A stretch of 64,000 nt of DNA from Pocillopora damicornis. Taxonomy: Eukaryota. The translations under genes and the position numbers were made by a program. The stretch spans positions 496,001-560,000 of the forward strand of contig NW_020845694.1 of assembly GCF_003704095.1 (NCBI RefSeq). The letters are read 5' to 3'. This document shows, one piece after another, positions 48,826 to 59,703 of this stretch; positions within the stretch are counted from its first letter, which is position 1, and each line of letters begins with the position of its first letter. Under the pieces are notes generated by a model. It saw nothing but the letters and a program-made list of their open reading frames with translations, was not told the origin of the DNA and made no database searches.

Positions 48826-51800
48826 ATGAACAAAACAAGTTCACAATTTGAAGGCTTTATGAGGAATGGAAAAAACTTGTTCATAATTTTTTCGATTGTT
48901 GCTATCAATTTTAGGCTAGCTGCAAGCAGTAACGCGCGCAAGCGGCTCGATAAGTCTTGCGAAAACGGCATCTGTTTCAGGGAGCAAGACAAAGGACCGT
49001 GTATTCCCAGTGATGACGAACCAAGGCTGTTCAGATGGGATCCTATCAAGGTATGTTGCTGCTAAAGAAATGAAGGTATAATCAAACAAAGAAAATGCTA
49101 CTTCAGGGAGAGTACAAAGAATTGGACCATCATTACAATCTACAGAAGCTCTAAGTTGAAGCAGCGATCTATAGTAGCAGAAATCCATTTGTGGTCGAAA
49201 TAATGTAAACATTGTAATAATGCACGTACGTGTCCAGCACAGAGCTATGTGCCAAGCCAGATAATTACGTGCACTGCGCTACAACTTCTCAAGTTAAGAA
49301 CGATGCAATGGCGCCATTTTTAAATTCAACCAAAATTAGCACGTGGTACCAGCAAAAATAGCAACAGAACCTTGAACAGGAAACCTGCTACTTTAAAAAA
49401 CAGAATTCAAAACAGCTTTCTAGCTGAAAAGAAACGGTGAAAATCGTCTTCCTTATGCAAAAATAAGATAAATGAGAACATTGCAGTGGGGGGAGAGACG
49501 TCTTTCCGAGAATGCTGAATTCGCTCTCGAGAAAAAAGAGAGGAGTGAATTTTGAAATATAACCTGTCTTAACCGTTTAGTGTCTTTCTTTGAACTTCCC
49601 CTTGCATTTTCACCCTTGAATAAAATGCAAAGGTCATGAAAATAAAGGAAAGGATCATTAAGTTAAGAAGCTCCTGATTGTCAAACAAATTCTCCTTGTC
49701 AGTATCATAACAAATCAAAGAGACAGCATGGAGAACATGAATACTAATAAGGTGTTATTACCATAGAAAGGTCACGTGAGAGAGCTTGAACTTGAAGAGA
49801 GAAAAACATACAAGATGATTACACTCGCATCTAAGCCTCCTCTATTTGGTGAGTTTAACCTTTCGTTGCCTATGATCTGACTGTTAATTCTCTCCTCTGG
49901 TTGCTGCACATTTCTTTTTAAATCAGTTACGAGAATTTGGTGTTAGATCAAGTTAACAACTACTACCACAGCGATAAGTGTCTCTCCTCATACTTACCAG
50001 CTGATTGCTATTATTTTCCCTCGCAAAAGAGGGTTGCTACCTCCCACTTAATCATCATTCGTGTAAAGCTAGTTAAATCCATCTTTATTTATTACGATGT
50101 ACCTTTCAATCGGTAAAAGTACATGACATAGTGTTCCCACCTCCCCTTGGAAAGCGATCGGGCCATTTGATTGATCAGTACATACCAAGGCGTCGATTAA
50201 AGACAATTCAGGCCACTTTCATCCCCAAATGATAAACATTCTCTTGCTACATGACAAAGTAAAGTTATTTTTCTTTATTTGATTATAGAAATACCGGATT
50301 TTCTTAGCGAAAGCGAAGCCAATCACATCATAAGTTTAGCTGAAAAGGTCGGCCTCCGAGGAAGCGACCTTCACCTCGATGAGGAACTCGAGAAAAACAA
50401 AGAATTTGTAAGAGGTATGCTAGTTAACAAGGAAGTTTGGTATCAAGGATGGTCCTTAGAAGCTTCAGTTTACAAATTCATATCAAAGATAAGAGCTATA
50501 TCGCGGTGATTTAAATATCTTTTGTTTTTGCGTCTAAAATTGGGGGTGTGGGTGCATTGATCTAAAAATAGAAGAGAAGGCTCGAAAATAGGGGTTATTG
50601 AGGAAGAGAACCACCAAAGAGGAACCGAAATATAACGGAACGAAAAAATGATCGATGATTAAGACTGAGACGGACCGCAAAAGTAAACCCTGCAAAAACT
50701 GAGGCTAAATATTCCCTTTACTTTGTTTACTGAGTGGAGTGCCCCATTAGATGCTTCTGCGCTTTTCCTAATTAATCCCTCTAATTTTCAATTCATTTTT
50801 TTTTCAATCTATCTCTTTATCAATTGACATATCTATTTCGCAATTATAACTATTTAAAAATAGCATAAACTTCGCTCTTAATCCACAAGCCTTGACGTAG
50901 CTCGTTCAAATTAGTTCTGTATCTTGGCCCAGCAAGTTCCAGGAATCTCCAAACTCTGAAGAGCTGTTATTCAAGTGAAGAGAGATAAATTGTTCATTTA
51001 ACCTTCATTTTTTCTCTAGGAAATGCAAGTGGTTCTCTGGGAATGTTCTTAAACTGGGACAAAAATGAAGACGGGCTCATTACAAGGGATGAGGTAAAGA
51101 TGATAATTAAGTTATTAATTTTAGCATCAATTAAAAATCAAATTTGCATTGGTCATGCCTTACTTGGCTCTGTGATTGGCTAGGAGAACTCAGGCCACAC
51201 TCTCAATCTATTTGTTTTACTTCTCATTGGCTCCATGTGATATCTTCCTCAGTCTTAATTTGTCGTTGTGAATATTTTGGTTTCATTGTTACGATACTTC
51301 CTCGAAAAATAGTCTATCGTCCTCTTTTGGTATTTCACAACAATGTGTTACTTTTATCTTTCCTTTAGATCATTGATTTTGCTGCAGACTTCAAATACCT
51401 TTATCTGAGTCCAACAGAAGTAGATGACATGTAAGGATGATGATCACTTCTTTATATATCACTTGATGTTTTCTTCTTCGTGATCTTAACTCGAAGGCAT
51501 AGATCCTGCATTAGCTCCAACTTTTCTCTTCATTTTAGGATAAGCAAGCTAAATATTTGGGAGTTTGATGATGGTAAGTAGCACAATGAACCATTTTCCC
51601 GCAAGAAAATTTAATAGTTTCTCTCCTTTGTTTTAAGCAGTTTCTGCTTGAGGACCAAACTGATAGTCCTGTTTTGCAATGGCTTCGCATCACTTCTCTA
51701 CGTGTTCAGCATATGAAACCCGGGCAACCATCTCAGCCAATCAGATGCAAAGCTAACACCCTTCAAATACTTCACTTTCGGAAGCTTGCTTGTTTTTTCT

Positions 51801-54800
51801 TTTGAATTGTGCGCTGATAAACTCGAAACTTCAACATCGACCCGTTCGTGCACGGGACGGGGTGGGAAATTTGAACCGTTAGTGTCAGTTCTTTCCTGCG
51901 GGATACAAGTGTTCTATCTTTAAATATAAAGGTGTTTAAGGTAAATAGTTTACTCTCGCAGGCAAATGGTTCAGAAGAAAAGGTCTACAACGTCTAGATT
52001 TTAAAGCTTGGTCAATGTGCAGAAAGTTACGGTCGCTGATTTTGCCTTTAAAAATAAATGTGGGTGAGGCATTCGAACACAATTTTTGTCCCGGGGGCGG
52101 GAATTTGCACAAACCAATCTTCAAAATTCAAAGTTCAAAGGCCCTGGGGTTGCCCCGGGGGGGGGGGATGTTGAAGTTTCAAATTGATCGACGCAGTATC
52201 ACTGGTACCTTTTGATACTTCCCTTTGTTTGACCGATTGTTGTGGTTTCTAGGTTTAGTCATCACGTCAATTGATAGAAATCCACCTTTGACTTTTTTAT
52301 CAATACATTATAGATCAAGTAACCCCAGTAGAATTTACCACGCTGCCAACTGCCGCCATGGACGGATACATGAACAAAATCAAAGAAAAGCATCCAGCTC
52401 ACAGGGATAGGTTTAGTAACCAGGCCTGGTTAATTCAAGGCAAGCGAGCTGACCCCTTGTTACAAACATTACGAAAGAGGTAAGCTGGGAGACTGGATCC
52501 AAAGTCGATCTGGCAGACTCGATGGTGTTAACTGTCAGCCGTAAAACGACCAAAACGTTAGCGTAAAAATCGACAAATTCTATCCGTTAGACGTGAAAAA
52601 TGTTAACCGTAAAAAAGAATTTCTGATGACAACAATAGAAAGATATTAACTGTTCGCCAAAAATTGGCCAAAATTTTAACCGTTAGCTGAGCCTTAAAAG
52701 CCATCACCCCACTAAGACCCTCTTACACCTCAGCTTTAATTGAGAGATGTATACACTGAAATTCCGTCTTTCTTGAAAAGTCTTTTTTTGTTTTCACAGG
52801 CTCTCTAAGCTGTTAAGGCTTTCCGATCAAATCATACGAGGAGGCGAACCTTTACAGGTTTGTGTTGCAGCCACAACAACTCCACCATTCATAAGCAACT
52901 TTGATCAAAAAATAATAAATTGGATTGTTTCGCATGATTGTTCCTTCGGCTTAGACGAATAATACACGCCCCGGCCTTGATAATCCTTATTATCATGCTT
53001 AACCTCATTCTAAATTTGTTGATCAAGGTCGTAGACTCAATATAATTGATAAACCAAAACCAGAAGTGATGGGCTCCTGCCAAAACCAGTTAGTGGGAAA
53101 GGTTATCTAGAAAAAGCTACTCGTGGAGTATGGAAGATGAACTGTAAAAGTTGACTGTTAGGGGATCCTGACAGGGCAATTAATCCTGAAGCTTTTTTCT
53201 GGTTTTGCTATCTCAGTGGTTAACTCAGGAAAGCTCACAACCCCCTCCCCATCCCTCCCCCCTTTAACCAGGCAGATCCAATACACTATCTATTCACTAA
53301 GGCAGACACTAACATTTTTGATATTTGTAAATTACCCTCCCTTGTCTGATTGCGACATAAAAAGTTTTTGTTGTTATACTGAGTTCTTGTAGCCTCTGGA
53401 CTTGCAATGTCTGGCTCCAAAACAAACAGTTACACATGGCTGTTTGCATAAAAAAAAATTACTCAGTCAATGCCTTCACGTAGAGCTCTCTGTCCGTGCT
53501 TTGAGTGATAAAATTTTTTCTAGACAGTTGTTCACTTTATTTTATTAGGTGGTTAAATATACAAAAGATGGACATTATAACGCACACTATGACAGCCAAC
53601 CCGTGATGAACCAATCACACGTGAAATGCTGTCATCTGGAACTTTCTTTGCTTCCACATTGTAGAGTGTGCAGGTAAAATCGGTATTCAACACCAGAAGT
53701 AGTTGGTGAGGCGATCTATAGAACAGGAGCTGTTTTATAGCTATCTTTTATAAATGAGTAAATGTCTTTCACGAGGTGGTAAATTTTGAACTAGGTACTG
53801 AACATAGAGAAATGTTTTTCGTCTCGTCACGAACGTGGGTCGAAGGAAAAATATGAGTCTCCGTGGCGAATCGAATACCAGACCTTCGATTTCCCCTGGA
53901 ATTCCGTGTTGCGATGCCTCATCACTTTCTTGCATCGCATGGGAAAAAGCCCTGAACTAGAAATTTCAATTAAGTACAGCTTGGTAATAACCTAATCAAA
54001 GTGCACTTTGCGAAGCTGACCTACTCGAATATTTTGTTACAGATATGCTACGGTGTTGTATTATCTGAATGACGTGGATGAAGGAGGAGAAACTGCATTT
54101 CCCGTGGTAGATGAGAAAACTTTTGATAGAAAGGTTCGTTACACTAAGAACGCTTCATAATCAAATGATTTATATTTCAGAACTGAGTCGATCTGCGTAT
54201 TCAACTTTCATTCCATGTGCAAATGGTTCAGGACCGCAGGCCTCTAGCCACGTTAAGTTTTCAATAACCGGAGGAATAGGATAACGTAAGAGATGAAAGG
54301 GGAGCGGGGGGAGGGAGGAAGGGGGGGGGAGGAGGAGGAACGTCGTCTTCTGGGGTGAGGGGTGTGGTGGAGGGCTACAAACAAAAAATGTTTTGGTATC
54401 GATTAGTTAGGGTGTATTAAAGTACAATGAACAGTGGAGGCATCACAAAAATTTCTTTAAAGTTCAAGAAATGGTCCCTCTCAAGGTGACAAGAGATGCG
54501 AGTCATGAAACTCAATCCAATACTCTGTCAAACTTGAGGCAACTACATGATTAAGGTTTTCTGATGATTAACGCCGTCATTTGACGGAACAGTTTAAGTA
54601 CCTCTCGGGCGACTCGCTAGGCCAGTAGACACCTTCAAAGCATACAGGCTCTCCCACTCGGCAGATGTTTGCCCTTTGAGGAAGAGATATAAGAAGAGAT
54701 GTACTCACTAATTCACGCGGAACTACTTACCTTATCTCATCTCCACAGACTTACCTCGACACTATGAAAGTAGACAAGTTCAATTTGATGCAATATTGTC

Positions 54801-55024
54801 ACGATGGCAACGTTGTTGTAACACCAAAACGAGGCAAGGCGGTAATGTGGTACAATCATTTTGTGGATGAAGAAACAGGATGGATGGGAGAGATGGATGA
54901 GTACTCGCTTCACGGTGGCTGTGGGCTGTGGTCTGGGGTCAAGTGGATCGCTAACAACTGGATCACGTCCGCTGACGCCCAGTGGGCTCATTATAAAAGT
55001 GATCATGATATCGACGATAGATAA
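48826..55024 (+). CDS. P4HTM: Transmembrane prolyl 4-hydroxylase-like protein, paralog 5 (11 exons)
   Basis: Exons: 48826 (or ATG 48859)-49050, 49767-49848, 50289-50414, 51020-51093, 51369-51430, 51539-51573, 52314-52479, 52800-52857, 53549-53673, 54043-54133, 54749-55024. Motifs [41 protein letters not shown]. Confidence 0.92.
51810..52198. mobile_element. MITE in intron 6 of paralog 5
   Basis: Terminal inverted repeats cgaaacttcaacatc / gatgttgaagtttca. Confidence 0.6.
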
Positions 55025-55733
55025 ATAATTGTTTCCTGTCCATGGTCTTTTTTCAACCTTAGTTTGATTTTGCCCCAGCCGGCTAAACGACTTTAGAAAC
55101 ACTCTATAATCGGCATCTTCCGTCGCCCTGTTATTTTCGTCTTTCCCTGATTGGTTCCAATCTAAATGACGATTCTTGAAACCAAAAAACGCGACTAAAC
55201 TTTATGCATTGAACTGAGACGAAGAAATGATGGAGGAAAGCTACAGGGAATACGAAATTCTTCTTTCTTCGGTACATTTTCTTCATATTATTGCACTTCT
55301 TCAATTGCACTTTTGTATTCCTGTGTTTATTAAATAAAATAGGCAAAGTGTGTTAAAGTATTAAAAGTTTATTTCTTTCTTAAGTTAATTATGTCACTTT
55401 AGAATAATATCGTGTCGACCATATTCAAGCCATCAACCGTAAAATGCTTCTAGATCCTTTTTCTTCTCATGACGATGTAACCATGTTAGAGAGACAAGAA
55501 GTTACCGTTTCATAAATTCGCAATCATATAAACACGGTTCTCTCTTTCATTAAACTCGTCAAAATCAAACAACAGTAGACTTTCCATAATGGTAACAGCC
55601 GTCACATAATGAAATAAGTGCTTTCGTAAAACTCTGGTCTTCTTCGCAGCCGTTGTTTGATCTCGTCGCGTAATACGCGTGAGAAAGCGACAAGACCAAA
55701 CCACGGCTGTGCAAAAGACTTCAGACAAGTTTT

Positions 55734-58700
55734 TTATTTCACAATTTCTGCCAACGCTTGTTTTAGCTCTGGATAGTGGAACTTGTATCCCGTCTCTAAT
55801 GTCCGTTTAGGAATAACTTTCTGTCCTTCCAAAAGTATTTTTCCGCGATCCTGACCAAAGATAAAATTGATTGCAAACGAAGGGGTCGGAAAAATGGCAG
55901 GTCTCCACAGCGCGCCTGCGTACTCTTTCGTATAACTCTCGTTTGTAACTACTTGCGGCGCCACTGCGTTTAACACACCAGTCACGTGATCGTTCTCCAG
56001 GGCGTGAAAAATTATTCCCGTCATGTCATCCAAGTGGATCCAAGGGAAATATTGCTTACCGCTACCTAGTATGCCTGAAATAAAAGGATGGAAAAAAGGA
56101 ATAATCTTGGTTCCATTTTCTGAGGGAGGAGTTATATTTTTCCCATATAATACAATGCCTAAACCAATGCACGATACAATGCGTGGAATAATAAAATGTT
56201 GTGTCCACTACGAATTTTTTTTTTTACCTCCAAGACCGAGCCAAAATGGCCAAATTGTCTGCTGTATGACGCCTCCACCACGGCCTAATACAACTCCAAT
56301 CCTTAACGTGACCAATCTGGTCTCACAGCCATCAGGAAGCTTAGCACTGTTCTCCCAGTCAGCACAAAGTGTTGTCAGTGCATCTGCAGAGCTTGGAGGT
56401 GAATCTTCAGTGTACTCTTTAGTATCACTTGGAGGATAGTAACCTGAAGTGAAAAACGAACTATTTTGTCAGGTGTCCTTCAGGGACAACAGTGCTCATT
56501 AAGTAATTCAGTGAGGAGAGTGAGATGAATCCTACATCATGACAAATTTGTGGAGAGATACATTTTACTAACAAGGTTTTCACGTGCAAACAGGTTGAAT
56601 GCAAGATAGGAAGGCATCTTAGGAGGGAATTGGTCTGACACAAAAAGGACCTAACGTTTTGAGTTACACTTGCTCAGCTGGAAATTAGGCCAAATCAAAT
56701 TGCATTGTATAGGAAATTCAGCATCTTCTTGAAAGGAAATTTCTATTGATGAAATTGAATATAAAACAAACAATACCTCCAAAGTGAACATAGATAAAGT
56801 GAGTCATGAGGTTAAAGCAAAAGGATAATATTCTAGTCTTGCAAGCATACCCTCGTTGTTTGTGTTGCAAGACATGCGTTCCTTTACCCCACCACTTATC
56901 CCCCATCCCTACCAGAGCTGGGGAGAAGTTCTCCAGGAGTCTGGGACTTACCAGTGCCAGACTCCTAGCAGACTTCTTGCTACCTGACGTTGCCTGAGGC
57001 CTCATACTTTCTTGTGGTTAAAAGAATGCTTGCACTGAAGTGCCAATACTATTAAGAGGGCCTCCTTGCCAGCTTATCTTCCATAAGACATACAACACTT
57101 TCACCATCTCTCCCTAACTCAAGAGTACATCTGGATATGGGGGTGGAAAACGTGATTGGCTAATAATTCCCAACTAAGAAGACAACAGAACTACATTTCA
57201 TGTTTGGACTATCAAAAATGCATCTGTAGCCCCTGTCATGGATCAGTATGAAAAGAATCTTTGTCCAATTAATATTCTATTTTTTTTTCTTTAAATGACA
57301 TGCCCAACAAAATCTGGCTATAAAGCCAACCAAATGGATTGCAGCACTAGCTTAGAATGAGATGTTTGCCACTCAGGTAAACCAAGTGGGTTTTTAAACA
57401 TATATAATGTAGTTGTTGTTATATTCAAAAGAGCTCACCTACAGCAGAAGAGGAGACAAACACTTTTGGAGGATTTGATGCCTCTGATATTTTTCTTGCT
57501 AAGGTTTTAGTTGTTTCTATGCGACTATCTCTCAGTTTCTGTAAGAAGCCCTCATTCCACCTGTTCACAAGTACAAAATAAAGATTTTAATATTTTCTAC
57601 AGTTCAGTCATGAAATTAATTATATGACATGACAGGAACTTCATTCACCAAACATGAATGACTGTGTAATTAACACCTACTTTATTATGTAGAGTACTTT
57701 TCTGGGACCCTGCCACTAGAGATCTAGTGGACTTCCTTCCACTGAACTAATTAGTGTTGTCAGGGGGCTTGAAATAGGAGCTCACAGCTGGGTTGCAAGG
57801 ATCTACCACCCATAAGAGTGGTGTCATTTTGGGAGACTCGCTGGATACAGCAGAAACCCCTAAATACCCTAAGCACTTGCTTTCCTTTTATTACAAACAA
57901 TATTATAAAATCATCACCTTTTAAGTGGATTAAGAATGTTTTCTCCAGCAAGATTTACTACAGCCTCGCATTCTGGCAAAGGTGATTTTGAAATCTCACT
58001 CTGTTTAAAAACAAAGCAGTCACATAAAAATTACTGTAACCATTTTAGTTTCCCAACCTCTGTATAGCTGAAAATTTAATTTTGGTATGTGCTTGTAGGA
58101 TATTTGACAACACATTAAATGGATGTTCTAAGGCACATATGGAATGACCCTTTAACATGTGTCCTCAGACTACTGAAACCTCGTCATATGCTTAAAACAT
58201 AACTCAAATTAAAGAGAGTAAATTATAAAAGAAAATTTGGTGCTGCATCAGAGAAGGTATTACAAGATAATTTGGTTTCAATTCCCATGAGTGACCAAGA
58301 CAGAATTTCTCCTCACCAAATCAATACAATATCGAGCAGACAAGTGACAAGAATAGAGAAAAACATCACTTCAGGGATTATTAGTTGATTCAATACCAAA
58401 TTCTCAGAACTAATATCATAAGAATTGTATGGCAGACAGTAAGCAGAATTACTAATGAGATCTTGGGAGTGAAAGTGTTGAGCTGATGCTCTAACTGTTA
58501 TTCCTTAATAAATCAACTTTAGAAACTAAAATTTACCATTTTATATTATCAACTCAGTTGGTAAGACTAAAATAACTCAGATTAGTTCCATGAAATGAGT
58601 ATCTTTCACAAGTTCTTACCCAAGTTATTTTTCCAGGTGCCTGAGTCCTTGAAATAATGGTGACCTCGTGTCCTTTCCGTTTTAAGGCCTCTACCAATGC

Positions 58701-59236
58701 TCTACCAATAAATCCTGTTCCCCCTCCTGCAAACGATAGTTCCAGTCAACAATGGGATTGAACTGCTTTAAGACAATAGGTGATAGTAGTATGACAAAAC
58801 AAGACCTTTCTAGGAGAAAATGGGAGACCTCCCTACCAAAGGTACATCAGATAAATCGCTTGTGAAATTCACAAATTATGACCCTAATAAGGAACCCTGT
58901 GGTACACCAGAAGGAATGACAGACCAGGTAGAACTTTATCCCTCCATAACAACCCTTTGTTCTCTTTCTGTCAAGTAATCCCTACACCAGTTTAGCAGAC
59001 TACCAAAGATGCCAGAATTACAAAGCTTCTGCAGGATAATAACATGTGGTACTCTATCAAATGCCTTGGCGAAATCTCAGAACACGACATTGTAGTCCGT
59101 CATCCAAGGCCTTTTTACACTGGCGGTGTGTAAGTACCAATTGGTTATTACAGTAAATGAGCAGACAAAGATACAAAATTAAATGAACCGTGTACATGTT
59201 ACGTAACTGCGTCAGCACACCTACGAGAACTCTCAT
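55734..59236 (-). CDS. SDR39U1: Epimerase family protein SDR39U1 (6 exons)
   Basis: Exons: 59236-59221, 58726-58620, 58000-57918, 57560-57439, 56443-56228, 56074-55734. Spliced protein MRVLVGGGTGFIG...VNLAGENI...SRIETT...GYYPPS...RIGVVLG...GSGKQYFPWIHLDD...LLEGQKVIPKRTLETGYKFHYP matches SDR39U1/TIGR01777. Confidence 0.93.
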
Positions 59237-59703
59237 ATTTTCTCTCTTCTGAGGAGACCGATTCGGAGGATTGTCTGAAAAGTACTCGAAGGTTAGCGTC
59301 AGGCTATTATAAAAGTTAAGAACGTTAATTTAACAAAAGCAATCCTGACCGAGCTAGGCTCTTGGTTCGTTTTCACGTTTAGCACGAGAATCTTAGAGAC
59401 TGCGAGAAGACTGAGGAAGACAACAAAGGGCATAACCTTTGACGTACGACCGCTGTCTTCACAATTTTCAAAATGGCTGTTGATTGCCCCCAAATCAGAT
59501 TTGAGAAAAGAAGTCGTTTAATATGAAGCTTTTGTGTTTTAACTTTATTAGACGGCTCTAAAAGAAAACATTTCATGCTAAAAATACACAGATTACTCTT
59601 TTGGTCTCATCGTGAGGGTGCCATGTGCGGAAACATTCAGAGAAAGTGGGACATAGCAACGAGTTCGTCGTGATCATTACAGCTGATAATTTTTGACCGT
59701 GGT
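59237..59703. promoter_or_regulatory. Bidirectional promoter region between SDR39U1 and RPGRIP1L
   Basis: Divergent start codons about 470 bp apart; CpG-rich relative to both gene bodies; an RFX X-box-like half site catagcaac at 59652-59660. Confidence 0.55.
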
